Source: Thermoproteota archaeon (GTDB taxonomy: Archaea > Thermoproteota > Methanomethylicia > Methanomethylicales > Methanomethylicaceae). From it: a DNA stretch of 64,000 nucleotides. The notes beneath the pieces are model-generated. The model ran no database searches, had not been told where the DNA came from, and saw only the letters and a program-made list of their open reading frames with translations. Shown here in pieces: positions 19,182-28,748 of this stretch (position 1 is its first letter; every line of letters begins with the position of its first letter). A program made the translations under genes and the position numbers. The stretch is from contig VGLU01000002.1 of NCBI GenBank assembly GCA_016882195.1, positions 107,884 to 171,883 of the forward strand. Reading direction: 5' to 3'.

Positions 19182-19574
19182 TCAGATGGGCTTGTCCTTT
19201 GCCTTCAGAAGGAGCCACTGCCTCTCTCCCGCCTTCTTGAATCTGGTAAGCACGTACCTACCATGGAGTCTATCGCCACTTAGAACGAACTCTATCGTGT
19301 CCTTGCTCCAGACCAGCGGCTCATAGGAGCCCTTGTCCCATATCCTCACGGTCCCTGCTCCGTACTGCCCCTCTGGTATTGTCCCCTCAAACTCCCTGTA
19401 TTTTAATGAATGGTCCTCGACCTCGATGGCAAGCCTCTTCTCGCCGGGCTCTTCTGGGAGACCTTTCGGGACAGCCCAGCTCTTGAGGACCCCTCCCTTC
19501 TCCAGCCGGAAATCATAGTGGAGCCTCCTGGCATGATGCTCGTGTACAACAAAGGATCTTCCTTCCACCTTCAT
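19182..19574 (-). CDS. Standalone LigD-type 3'-phosphoesterase (PE) domain protein
   Basis: HHARRLHYDFRLE signature and ~130 aa size, as in archaeal standalone PE proteins. Confidence 0.75.
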   Translation of the reverse strand: MKVEGRSFVVHEHHARRLHYDFRLEKGGVLKSWAVPKGLPEEPGEKRLAIEVEDHSLKYREFEGTIPEGQYGAGTVRIWDKGSYEPLVWSKDTIEFVLSGDRLHGRYVLTRFKKAGERQWLLLKAKDKPI

Positions 19575-19642
19575 CCCCCAGCATAATACTTCACTCGCTA
19601 TTCTGCCTTCTTTAATATCAAGAAGAGGGAATTAAAATAAGT

Positions 19643-19717
19643 GGGCCCGGAGGGATTTGAACCCTCGACCACTCGATTATCAGTCGAGTGCTCATACCAA
19701 ACTGAGCTACGAGCCCT
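19643..19717 (-). tRNA. tRNA-Ile (anticodon GAT)
   Basis: Reverse complement folds as a cloverleaf: GGGCTCG acceptor, anticodon loop CTGATAA, T-loop TTCAAAT, discriminator A. Confidence 0.8.
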
Positions 19718-19804
19718 CACCATCAAGAGATAATCCACTACGGATTTATTCTTTTTGCCCTAAAGAAAGTTTAAATTACTGGGCATAGCCATTCCATCTG
19801 ACGA

Positions 19805-19879
19805 GGGCCGGTAGATCAGTCGCAGATCGCCCGCCTCGCACGCGGGAGGCCGTGGGTTCAAGTCCCGCCCGGTCCACCA
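19805..19879 (+). tRNA. tRNA-Ala (anticodon CGC), 3'-CCA encoded
   Basis: GGGCCGG acceptor with the G3:U70 Ala identity pair, anticodon loop CTCGCAC, T-loop TTCAAGT, CCA at 19877-19879. Confidence 0.8.
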
Positions 19880-20006
19880 TCCCCTTTCTTGTATCCCTAA
19901 GCCCCCAAAGTCGAGTATTATTGTTAAAATATCCAAGAAGACATAACAAAAGTATGTAACAATATTTCATAAAGCTCTAATTATATAGTCAATCTAGCAG
20001 GGGGCG

Positions 20007-20642
20007 GTGATACAAATGGAAATAAACGCATCGGAAAAATTCAAGAGGGAGTTGAGGAGCTTCACCGCCCTCTCCGTGATAAGTCTGGTGTTCGGCGCGA
20101 TAGCGATAGCACTTTCAGTCTTCTTCACGGTCATGAACATCACACCGCTGGTGCAGCTGAAGCCCGGCTTCTACACGAACGCGATATCTGTATTTCTCGG
20201 GTTTGTAGCCGCTGCCTTCTCCATAAAGTGGCTCCTGTCCAGCACCGAGATCTTCAGCGGTCTGGACGACATAAGAGACGAGAGCAAGAAGCTCGGTCCC
20301 AGTCCTGACAGCGAGAAGCTCACGGGCTTGATAGTGCGGCTGATGTCCATGTACCGCCAGGAGAGGCCGACCATCAATAGGATGATCTTGCTGAGCAAGC
20401 TTGCCGGCGCCTGCTTCATAGCGAACGGTGTGGTCTTGGCAATTTCCTTGGTCGTAGGTCTCTATACGGGTGGCGCGGACATGTTACAGTCGGTCGCCGG
20501 GATCTTGATAAGCCTGGCCGTAGGGGCGGTGGGCCTCTACCTCCCCTCCTCTTTTCAGAGATACGCCGCCGCCTGGGATGCCCGATTGCAAGGCAGCGAC
20601 AGCGCCGAGAAGGAACTATCAACGTTAGTGGGAGTGGGTTGA
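20007..20642 (+). CDS. Hypothetical 4-TM membrane protein
   Basis: 211 aa, four hydrophobic helices with a charged central loop. No motif recognised. Confidence 0.45.
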   Translation: MIQMEINASEKFKRELRSFTALSVISLVFGAIAIALSVFFTVMNITPLVQLKPGFYTNAISVFLGFVAAAFSIKWLLSSTEIFSGLDDIRDESKKLGPSPDSEKLTGLIVRLMSMYRQERPTINRMILLSKLAGACFIANGVVLAISLVVGLYTGGADMLQSVAGILISLAVGAVGLYLPSSFQRYAAAWDARLQGSDSAEKELSTLVGVG

Positions 20643-20643
20643 G

Positions 20644-20919
20644 GTGGAGGGCAACAGAACTCAGTACGAGATCTACTGGGAGATACTCTCCTTCTGCAAG
20701 ACGCCTAGGTCCATAACCCAGATAATCCAGCGTTGCGACCTCAACTCCAAGACGGTTCAAAAGTACATCGGCTTCTTGGAGTCCAAGGGCTACCTCTTAA
20801 AGACCGCCGAGGAAGACCGGACCCTATATGCAACGATGCCCGCCGCCAGGGAGTTCCTAAATTTATTCATGAGGGTTTATTTGGAACTATATAACAACAG
20901 CCCGGAGTTTAAGCTATAA
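20644..20919 (+). CDS. Small winged-helix DNA-binding protein
   Basis: 91 aa (SITQIIQRCDLNSKTVQKYIGFLESKGYLLK, HTH-like). Begins 2 nt after the preceding membrane ORF. Confidence 0.5.
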   Translation: MEGNRTQYEIYWEILSFCKTPRSITQIIQRCDLNSKTVQKYIGFLESKGYLLKTAEEDRTLYATMPAAREFLNLFMRVYLELYNNSPEFKL

Positions 20920-21177
20920 TCGAGTGACTAATTTCTCTCCTAACAGTAAGGAAAACGTAGGCCTTCAATGGTTGACGTCCCTTCAGGTGAACTTCAATTA
21001 GACTTTTATAAGGTGAGGAGACCTACGAGCCTAATCGAGGCGATGCACCTTAATCGAAGGGCCGTTCCATTGAAGAATTAACCAAGATAATACGAGCAAT
21101 ATATTAACCTTTCTGCGAGTATCTGACAGAAGGCTTTTACTTATTCTCTGAAGCGCAACGATTAATAGTTAATAGGC

Positions 21178-21810
21178 ATGAATGAAGACTATACTGGGGG
21201 GCAAAATATGAAGATTGGGCAAGAATTCCATCCAGATCCGAGGATGAAGCCGCTCTTCTTTACGTACCTCTCGCTCATCGTCATCCCTCTCTTCGTGTTT
21301 GGTTTGGCGCTCACGGCGTACCTCTACCTCATAGGAGAACATCTGGCTGCGTCGGTGCTGGCGTTAGTCTACATCTTGCCGCTCGTGGTGATGATGCTCT
21401 TCGTCGGCTACTGGATCCCGAAGTACTACTCCTCAATCAAGTACGTCTTTGGCGAGAACGAGGTAAGGGTCGAGAGGGGGGTCTGGTGGAAGATGCGTCA
21501 CGCCATCCCCTACTCTAGGGTGATGAGCGTGGACACGATCCAGGGTCCGATATCGCGGCGTCTGGGCATCGGCACGGTGGACATATACACCGCGGGCTAC
21601 ACGGGGCAGGCTGGCGGGGGCGGCAGACCAGGGATGAGGAGGTCGGAGGCGACCATAATGCACGTCCCCAACTTCTTGGCGCTGAGAGAGGAGATACTGG
21701 GCGTCGTCAGGGGAAGACCACTCTTCGCCGCGCCGGGCTCGGGCTCAGACAGCATAGGTCAGCAGATGCTTGAAGAACTCAGGGAGATCCGAAAGCTGCT
21801 GAAGTCATAA
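21178..21810 (+). CDS. Membrane protein with bacterial PH (bPH_2/YdbS-like) domain
   Basis: Two N-terminal TM helices, then a PH-like segment (VRVERGVWWKMRHAIPYSRVMSVDTIQGPISRRLGIGTVDIYTAG). Confidence 0.55.
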   Translation: MNEDYTGGQNMKIGQEFHPDPRMKPLFFTYLSLIVIPLFVFGLALTAYLYLIGEHLAASVLALVYILPLVVMMLFVGYWIPKYYSSIKYVFGENEVRVERGVWWKMRHAIPYSRVMSVDTIQGPISRRLGIGTVDIYTAGYTGQAGGGGRPGMRRSEATIMHVPNFLALREEILGVVRGRPLFAAPGSGSDSIGQQMLEELREIRKLLKS

Positions 21811-21884
21811 AACCTCTCTTTTTCCCTTGCGCCACTCAAAATCTTAAATATCAACATGCATCTTGTTTAACAGAGCGTGGTTCT

Positions 21885-22718
21885 ATGGTCGTCGATGAGG
21901 GCGCTTCCCGTAAAGAGCAGAGGTGTAGGAGGGATCTAAAGTCCGCAAAGCTGGTCGTCGTCAAGATCGGGGGCTCATCACTCTCCAACGCATCCGGCGC
22001 TCTAGACCTCGGAAAGATAGGGCTACTGTGCGATGAACTGGCAAACCTGAAGAGGCGTGGAATTGATGTCGTGCTCGTCTCTTCCGGTGCCATAAGGGGG
22101 GGCAGGGCCATTATGCGCGACCGCATCAAGAACGGCGAGATCCCCGGTCTCCAGGCGCTCGCTGCGATAGGGCAGGTGGTGCTCATGGAGGCGTACCGAG
22201 ACACCATGGCAGGTAAGGGTTACAACGTCGCTCAGATACTGCTGACGTGGGACGACTTCAGGAACAAGAGGCGTCTCAGGAACCTGCTCAACACGTTCAA
22301 CATCCTGCTCTCGCTGGGCGTCATCCCAGTCATAAACGAGAACGATACCATAGCCGTTGACGAGATAAAGTTTGGGGACAACGACACCCTCTCCGCCCTC
22401 GTAGCCAAGTACATGCAGGCAGACCTCCTCATCCTGCTCTCCGACGTGAACGGCCTGTATACGGGAGATCCGAAGAGCACCAGCTCAAGGCTGATATCCT
22501 GCGTGGAGACGATAACGCCAGAGATCGAGAGGCTAACCTCTGGAGGTCATGGTGGGTTTGGGGGTATGAGGGCCAAGCTGAAGGCTGCCAAGCTCGCGAC
22601 GGACGCCAGCATCCCGATGGTTGTCGCAAATGGCGCAGGTGAGAATGTACTTGAGCGAATAATCGCTGGTGAAAGGGTCGGCACCATATTCATCCCGAGG
22701 GATCCCCATGAGCAGTAA
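21885..22718 (+). CDS. proB: Glutamate 5-kinase (short form, no PUA domain)
   Basis: VVVKIGGSSL...VVLVSSGAI...NDT aspartokinase-fold motifs; 277 aa. Confidence 0.85.
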   Translation: MVVDEGASRKEQRCRRDLKSAKLVVVKIGGSSLSNASGALDLGKIGLLCDELANLKRRGIDVVLVSSGAIRGGRAIMRDRIKNGEIPGLQALAAIGQVVLMEAYRDTMAGKGYNVAQILLTWDDFRNKRRLRNLLNTFNILLSLGVIPVINENDTIAVDEIKFGDNDTLSALVAKYMQADLLILLSDVNGLYTGDPKSTSSRLISCVETITPEIERLTSGGHGGFGGMRAKLKAAKLATDASIPMVVANGAGENVLERIIAGERVGTIFIPRDPHEQ

Positions 22719-24054
22719 AGAGTTGGCGGAAAAGGTATCCGAAGCAAGAAGGGCCAGCCTCCAGCTCGCGCAGCTCCCCCGTGAGGTGAAGGACAGGGCT
22801 CTGAGATCCGCAGCCAAGGCTATCTTGGGACATCAAGAGGAAATACTCGATGCCAACAAAAAGGATATGGCGGCTGGGAAAACTCTTCTTGAGGAGGGGA
22901 AGCTCTCCAAACCCCTTCTGGACCGCCTGAAGCTCGACAAGACGAAGCTTCTTGAGATATCAAAGATGGTCGACGGCGTCGCTGATCTCGACGATCCAGC
23001 GGGGAGGACGCTCTACGCGATGAAGCTGGATGCGGGGCTGGAACTATTCAAGGTAACCGTACCCTTCGGCGTGATCGTCTCGATCTTCGAGAGCAGGCCA
23101 GACGCTCTCCCACAGATAGCCTCCTTATGCATCAAATCCGGAAACTCCGTCCTGCTCAAGGGTGGCTCTGAGGCGCAGGAATCCAACAGGGCGATCTACC
23201 AGGTCATGAGCGAGGCGTTCGTTGCCGATGGCCTGCCCATTGGTTGCATGCATCTGGTGGAGGGTCGGTCCGCAGTCAGCGAGCTACTGAAGATGGAGGG
23301 GCTAGTCGATCTCATAATACCGCGAGGAAGCAACGAGTTCGTCAGGTACATACAGGAGAACACGGAGATCCCAGTGCTGGGCCACTCCTCCGGCATGTGC
23401 CACATATACGTCGACAGAGCTGCCGACCCAAAGAAGGCGGTGGAGATGTGCCATGACGCCAGGGTCCAGTACCCTGCCGCCTGCAACTCCATGAAGATCC
23501 TGCTCATCGACGAGAGAGTTGCCCCAGAACTACTACCACAGATCACCAAGAGGCTCGTGGATAGCGGGGTCAGAATAAAGGGTTGCGACAAGACCATGAA
23601 GATCCTGAGGTCACACGGCATCCCCGCGGAGAGGGCAGGAGAGAAGGACTGGTCCACCGAGTACCTAGAACTGGTGCTTCCGGTAAAGGTCGTCGGCGGC
23701 GTGGACGAGGCCATCGAGCACATAAACTGCCACAGTTCCAAGCATACCGACTCCATCATCTCCGAGGACAGGGCATCGGTCAAGAGGTTCCTGAACATGG
23801 TGGACTCCTCCACCGTCATCCACAACGCCTCAACCCGTTTCAGCGACGGATATCGGTACGGGTTGGGTGCTGAGGTTGGTATAAGCACAAATAAGGTGCA
23901 TGCCAGGGGCCCCGTGGGGCTGGAGGGTCTCGTCACTACAAAGTACGTACTGCTGGGCTCAGGCCAGAAGGTGTCGGACTACGTCGGAAAGGGTTCCAAG
24001 CCCTTTCTCCATAAAAAGGCGACTGGGGACTGGAAAGGGAGGTTAGGCACGTGA
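22708..24054 (+). CDS. proA: Gamma-glutamyl phosphate reductase
   Basis: ALDH-family sequence with the catalytic Cys region (PAACNSMKILLI). ATG at 22708 overlaps proB by 11 nt; the ORF track starts earlier at 22669. Confidence 0.85.
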   Translation: MSSKELAEKVSEARRASLQLAQLPREVKDRALRSAAKAILGHQEEILDANKKDMAAGKTLLEEGKLSKPLLDRLKLDKTKLLEISKMVDGVADLDDPAGRTLYAMKLDAGLELFKVTVPFGVIVSIFESRPDALPQIASLCIKSGNSVLLKGGSEAQESNRAIYQVMSEAFVADGLPIGCMHLVEGRSAVSELLKMEGLVDLIIPRGSNEFVRYIQENTEIPVLGHSSGMCHIYVDRAADPKKAVEMCHDARVQYPAACNSMKILLIDERVAPELLPQITKRLVDSGVRIKGCDKTMKILRSHGIPAERAGEKDWSTEYLELVLPVKVVGGVDEAIEHINCHSSKHTDSIISEDRASVKRFLNMVDSSTVIHNASTRFSDGYRYGLGAEVGISTNKVHARGPVGLEGLVTTKYVLLGSGQKVSDYVGKGSKPFLHKKATGDWKGRLGT

Positions 24055-24863
24055 AGAAGATAAGTTTTGGTGTTGTGGGTTATGGCAAGATGGGCTCCTC
24101 CCTTGTTAAGGGGGCCTTGAACTCTGGCTTATTGTCCGTAAAAAGCACGAAGGTCTATGACCTAGACGGCGCAAGGATCAAACTCGCGAAGAGAGATGGT
24201 CTTCTTACAGTCGACAGCTTGGCTGGGATAGCAGGCTCAGACATCATTTTACTGGCCGTGAAACCCAAGGATATGCCAAAGTTGCTGGACGAACTCAAGG
24301 CGTTGGTCCCGGCAGGAAAGGCGCTCTTCATCTCCATCGCCGCAGGGATAAAAATTGCCACGATGGAGTCCAGGCTCGGCGAGGGCTCGAGGATCGTGCG
24401 AATGATGCTAAACATCGCCGCATCGGTAAATGAGGCCGCCTCGGTCTTTGTGCTAAACCGCTGGGCCCGAGCATCTGACATCAAGTTCACAACATCGCTC
24501 CTGGAAGGCATCGGAGTAGCCCACAGGCTTGACAACGAATCGCTGATAGACGCTGTGACCGGCATCAGCGGTAGCGGGCCCGCCTACTTCCTCCTTATGA
24601 TGAAGGCCCTCGAAGATGCCGGCAAGAGGTCCGGCCTTTCCGACGATCTGATCCGATCGCTGGTCTCGCAAACCTGTAGGGGTGCGGGGACCCTTGCCCT
24701 CCGTTCAAGCGATTCACTTGACCAACTCATCAAGACTGTCGCCTCTCCCGGCGGAACCACTGAGGAGGCCCTAAAGGTCATGGAGTCCAAGGGCTTCTCT
24801 CAGACTGTAATAGATGCGGTCGTCGCCGCAACAGAGAAATCTAAAAAAATGAACTACTCCTGA
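24051..24863 (+). CDS. proC: Pyrroline-5-carboxylate reductase
   Basis: FGVVGYGKMGSSL Rossmann motif and C-terminal P5CR dimerisation region. 4-nt overlap with proA. Confidence 0.85.
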   Translation: MKKISFGVVGYGKMGSSLVKGALNSGLLSVKSTKVYDLDGARIKLAKRDGLLTVDSLAGIAGSDIILLAVKPKDMPKLLDELKALVPAGKALFISIAAGIKIATMESRLGEGSRIVRMMLNIAASVNEAASVFVLNRWARASDIKFTTSLLEGIGVAHRLDNESLIDAVTGISGSGPAYFLLMMKALEDAGKRSGLSDDLIRSLVSQTCRGAGTLALRSSDSLDQLIKTVASPGGTTEEALKVMESKGFSQTVIDAVVAATEKSKKMNYS

Positions 24864-26104
24864 GACGCGTACCTCAGTATCGCGACGATCCCGCCGAATG
24901 ATCCGAGGAGCATCTTGCCCTCATCCGTCTCGGTTGATACTACCTCAACCCTGGCGTTTGTGTTCTCCGCCATAGTCGCAAGCTCGTCCACTATGCTCTT
25001 GATCTCCAACTCCTCCATCATCCCGCCACACTTGTCGCAGCTCTCCCTTCCTCCCTTTGCCAGTAGCGCCTCCTTTTTCAGCGTTTCCTGCCTCAAGTTG
25101 CCGCAGACTTGGCACCTGTAACCGACCCTATATGTTTCGATGCCTCCCGAGAGGAGTAGCATCCTGACGATCCCCTTCTCAAGCTTCTCCCTTACCTCCT
25201 TCTCGCCATATGTCACCTGATTGGGGCTCTTGGCCAAGAGAAGCAAAAAGCTTTGAACGAACTTCTTCTCCTTCACGTACTCAACGTTCTTCAGCGCCTC
25301 CTTCGACTTCTCAAGAAGCTCGTATACTCCTGGCTCCTCCGTGTACCCGAGGTCCTCCACGCTCAAGACCTTCTTCTGGAGCTGGTAGTGCAGGTACTGC
25401 CCTCCGTAGAAGTCGCTCTTGGTAGGGCCGGGTCCACCGATGATTATTCCCTTCAGGTTCTCTATGGGCAGGAAGATCTTCTCGGCATGGGCCGCCACCC
25501 TCTTGTTGAACTCGGCGGCCGCGATCTCGATCAGCCTCTGGAACCTCCTTGCCGACTGTCCTCCTGCGTCGTGCTTGCTCGGGACACCCGACGTTATCGT
25601 CTCCGCAACCTCCACCCTGCGCCCCCTCAGCAGCGCAAAGGTCGCGTCGCTCCTGTCCATAACTATCAGACCGTAGATGTCCTTCTCGGCGAGGATGTCC
25701 TTTATTGGATCTAGGTAGAACTTGGAGTCGCACCTGTAGTAGTATATGCTGATGGGCTCCGGCGGCTCGATGACGTACGTCTCCATCTTCTCCGTCCCGG
25801 GTCCGCCCCGCGGTATCGCGCCGCTGAATATAACGAGCCCATTCTCTGGCGGCATCCGGAAGAGCTTGAGCCTCTGGAGAATGCTCTCTATGGCGTCTTG
25901 GACGTTCTTCCGTGTTGACTTTGACTTTATGTTGGCCGCTGTGCCGTACTCCTCCCTGAGGTTGTTAGCGGCGTCGGAGATCTGCCTGCCCGGAGGGACG
26001 TAGAGCGATACGAGTTCTGTTGCCCTCCCCTCCTTAGACTCGAGCTCCTCCACCAGCCTCCTGAGCCTGTACAGCTCGAGCGAACTCCTCTTTGTCTCCG
26101 ACAA
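24854..26104 (-). CDS. prf1: Peptide chain release factor aRF1
   Basis: NIKSKSTRKN (NIKS) and GGQSARRF (GGQ) motifs, C-terminal Zn-ribbon cysteines. Confidence 0.9.
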   Translation of the reverse strand: MSETKRSSLELYRLRRLVEELESKEGRATELVSLYVPPGRQISDAANNLREEYGTAANIKSKSTRKNVQDAIESILQRLKLFRMPPENGLVIFSGAIPRGGPGTEKMETYVIEPPEPISIYYYRCDSKFYLDPIKDILAEKDIYGLIVMDRSDATFALLRGRRVEVAETITSGVPSKHDAGGQSARRFQRLIEIAAAEFNKRVAAHAEKIFLPIENLKGIIIGGPGPTKSDFYGGQYLHYQLQKKVLSVEDLGYTEEPGVYELLEKSKEALKNVEYVKEKKFVQSFLLLLAKSPNQVTYGEKEVREKLEKGIVRMLLLSGGIETYRVGYRCQVCGNLRQETLKKEALLAKGGRESCDKCGGMMEELEIKSIVDELATMAENTNARVEVVSTETDEGKMLLGSFGGIVAILRYASQE

Positions 26105-26172
26105 TTGCAGCGACCTCGGCGTTATCGAGAAACATTCAACCTTTATATAACTTGCACTATTAAGTTTCTGCG

Positions 26173-26862
26173 GTGGATGCCATGAAAGTCACCATTAAGC
26201 TGAGCGGGCACATCCTCTTTCCTACTTTGGGGGCGACGCCCGACCTCAAGGGATACGTCGCTGCCATAAAAAAAGTCAAGGCCCTCGGGCACAGCCCCTT
26301 CGTTGTGGTCGGTGGGGGCGAGCCAGCCCGTTACTACATCCGTCTGGCAAGGCAGCAGGGGGCTGACGAGTCGACCTGCGACCAGATCGGGATAACCATA
26401 GCGATCCTCAACGCCAGGATCCTCGTAAGTGCCATGGGTGAGGACGCCTGCCAGTTCGTACCCAAAAACTTCGATGAGCTGGACAGAGCCCTCTCGACCG
26501 GAAAGGTTGTGGTGATGGGCGGACTACAGCCTGGTCAATCCACAAACGCGGTCTCCTGCATCCTCGCCGAGCGCTCCAGGTCAAAACTCTTCATCAATAC
26601 CACCACGGTGGACGGGGTGTATAGCAAAGACCCCAAGAAGGACCCCTCGGCAAAGAGGTACGAGAAGATAAGTGTAGCAGAGCTGACAAAGCTCCTCGAC
26701 AGGCTGGGAGCAAGGGCCGGTGAGTACGATCTCCTGGATCCGGTTGCCCTAAAGATCATCCAGCGCTCCAAGATAACGACCAAGGTGATAGATGGCAGGG
26801 AGCCGAAGAATATTTTAAGGGCAATCAAGGGTGAAAGGGTAGGCACAACGATTGTGCCATAA
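26173..26862 (+). CDS. pyrH: UMP kinase (archaeal type)
   Basis: ~225-aa amino-acid-kinase fold: VVVGGGE...GGLQPGQSTNAV. Confidence 0.8.
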   Translation: MDAMKVTIKLSGHILFPTLGATPDLKGYVAAIKKVKALGHSPFVVVGGGEPARYYIRLARQQGADESTCDQIGITIAILNARILVSAMGEDACQFVPKNFDELDRALSTGKVVVMGGLQPGQSTNAVSCILAERSRSKLFINTTTVDGVYSKDPKKDPSAKRYEKISVAELTKLLDRLGARAGEYDLLDPVALKIIQRSKITTKVIDGREPKNILRAIKGERVGTTIVP

Positions 26863-27113
26863 TGGTGTCAGTCATGTCAAAGAGAAGAGACGAAGACAAA
26901 TGGGGACCGCACTCCCACTGTCTGATCTGTGGTGAGGCCATACCCGAGGGCGAGAAGACCTGCTCTGAGGAATGTGCAAAGAAGTATGAAGGCGAGGCGA
27001 AGCGCTACAAACGGCAGCAGACCATGAACTTCATGTTCATCGCTGCCATGGGCGGGCTGGTGGTCATATTCTTCCTGTTTTCCTACCTATTCCCTGGCAT
27101 GTTTGGCCGTTAA
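26862..27113 (+). CDS. Small zinc-ribbon protein with C-terminal TM helix
   Basis: CLICGE...CSEEC cysteine pairs, KR-rich linker and a hydrophobic tail. Confidence 0.45.
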   Translation: MVSVMSKRRDEDKWGPHSHCLICGEAIPEGEKTCSEECAKKYEGEAKRYKRQQTMNFMFIAAMGGLVVIFFLFSYLFPGMFGR

Positions 27114-27147
27114 AAGTTAAATACGTCAGCTCCCCCTCTTTATGTGA

Positions 27148-27247
27148 GCGGGGGTTCCCTAGCCAGGTTAAAGGGGAAGGACTCAAGATCTGAAGATGGG
27201 TTATCCTTTGGCGTAGGCCTTCGAGGGTTCAAATCCCTCCCCCCGCA
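27148..27247 (+). tRNA. tRNA-Leu (anticodon CAA), class II, with 15-nt intron (27188-27202) after position 37
   Basis: GCGGGGG/CCCCCGC acceptor, D-stem CCCT/AGGG, anticodon stem AAGGA/TCCTT interrupted by ATCTGAAGATGGGTT, 14-nt variable arm, T-loop TTCAAAT. Confidence 0.7.
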
Positions 27248-27621
27248 CTACATTTTAGACATGGGTTGAGTTTCTATTACAATGTTGCTTTCTCTGCCGG
27301 CAAAGAACAGAATATAAACACAATTATCTCAATAGTGAGGATCGTTTTCAATATTGAGGACAGCACACCTCTTGCTAGGGTGAAGCTGAAGCGGGAATAA
27401 TTCTCATTGCCGAAATGAACTTACCGGGGAGACCATCTTCCTTGCCTCATCCAAGCTTACTGACTTATAGCTATACTCTCCAAAGTCTGGCAACACGGGA
27501 GAACGTGTCAGATAAACCTTCAGTCAGGGTTCACGCTAAATTATTGTTATCACATTAAAAAGTTATAAAAATTGTTAATTATCTATAACTACACATAGTC
27601 GTATAAAATCGGGGAAGACCT

Positions 27622-28065
27622 TTGTCCTCATTCAGAACAGAAAAGTCTGCCGGTTTTCTAATCTTCAAGAGGGACGGCACGGTGCGTTATCTCTTTCTTA
27701 AGAACAGGGGCAGGTTCGATGTGCCTAAGGGCCTCCAACAGCCGGGCGAGGACGATCTTGCCTCTGGGCTGAGGGAGCTGAAAGAGGAGACCGGCATTAC
27801 CAACGCGGCGATAATCCCTGTCTTCAAAAAGACTTCGCGCTACTTCTACCGATGGGAGAAATCACTCGTGAGGAAGGAGGTCGTTTACTTCCTCGCCGAG
27901 TTCAAGTCAGGGGAGATCAGGGTGTCGGAGGAGCATGACGGCTACACTTGGATGACCAAGGAGGAGGCTCTGGCTAACGTGCGATATCAGAACCTGAAGG
28001 AACTCGTTGAGGAGGCAGATCGAATCCTCCGCCCCAAATCAACAACACAACCCTCAAATTTATAA
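27622..28065 (+). CDS. NUDIX hydrolase
   Basis: Nudix box GLRELKEETGI. Confidence 0.75.
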   Translation: MSSFRTEKSAGFLIFKRDGTVRYLFLKNRGRFDVPKGLQQPGEDDLASGLRELKEETGITNAAIIPVFKKTSRYFYRWEKSLVRKEVVYFLAEFKSGEIRVSEEHDGYTWMTKEEALANVRYQNLKELVEEADRILRPKSTTQPSNL

Positions 28066-28098
28066 AAGCCCAAGTCTTTCCTCATCTAGGTGCGATGA

Positions 28099-28704
28099 TT
28101 GAAACTGCCAGAACTCTATGGTTTACTGATCTCTTGGATCGTCATCAGCCTCTGCTTCTCCATATCCTACCTCATTAACTACCCCGCCCTCTTCATCCTT
28201 GCATTTCTGTTATCCGCCGCCTCTGCTGGGCTCGGATTTATCCTCCACGAACTGGCCCACAGAGCTATTGCTAGGAGGCATGGCTGTTACGCCCACTACC
28301 AGGTCTGGTGGTGGGGCATCGTCCTGGCCCTAGCAGTAGCGATTCTTACACAGGGGCAGTTCATATTCGCAGCACTGGGGGCAGTTTACATCTCTCCCAT
28401 GGTCACATCCGTGTTGTTTGACGCCGATGCTCTCAAGAAGGTCTTTGGAATAATCTCCCTCGCCGGTCCCTCCATGAACCTCCTGCTGGTTGCGGCGTTC
28501 TACGTCCTATCATATGCCGGCGGTCTGTTCGCGGTTTTGGCGATAATCGGCATCCGGATAAACCTCTGGTTGGCGGCATTCAACCTCATACCCGTCCCAC
28601 CGTTCGATGGGTCAAAGATATTCAACTGGTCAAAGCTCGTGTGGGCCCTCTTTGCCGTTCCTGCGTGGCTTCTGACGTTATTTCCCAACCTGCTCCTTCC
28701 ATAA
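28099..28704 (+). CDS. Site-2-protease-like intramembrane metalloprotease (peptidase M50 family)
   Basis: HELAH inside a TM helix and the downstream NLIPVPPFDGSKI (LDG-type) motif. Confidence 0.7.
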   Translation: MKLPELYGLLISWIVISLCFSISYLINYPALFILAFLLSAASAGLGFILHELAHRAIARRHGCYAHYQVWWWGIVLALAVAILTQGQFIFAALGAVYISPMVTSVLFDADALKKVFGIISLAGPSMNLLLVAAFYVLSYAGGLFAVLAIIGIRINLWLAAFNLIPVPPFDGSKIFNWSKLVWALFAVPAWLLTLFPNLLLP

Positions 28705-28748
28705 AACCCTTAAATCCACTGGCGGCAGAATCTTATCTGGTGTTGCGA

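Noticed and set aside
19776-19970. 64-aa ORF overlapping tRNA-Ala
   Set aside because: It overlaps a well-folded tRNA on the opposite strand, so it is spurious. The 67-aa ORF at 55147..55350 over the CAU tRNA is rejected for the same reason.
20963-21075. Inverted 9-mers CTTCAATGG ... CCATTGAAG, about 95 nt apart in the 258-nt intergenic region
   Set aside because: It is a single short pair with no flanking conservation and could be chance. No ncRNA fold was evident by eye.
23196-25733. Multiple long antisense ORFs inside proA, proC and aRF1 (e.g. 23196..23936, 25253..25714, 25311..25733)
   Set aside because: The sense genes have diagnostic motifs (ALDH, P5CR, NIKS/GGQ). The antisense frames are open only because of GC-rich codon bias.
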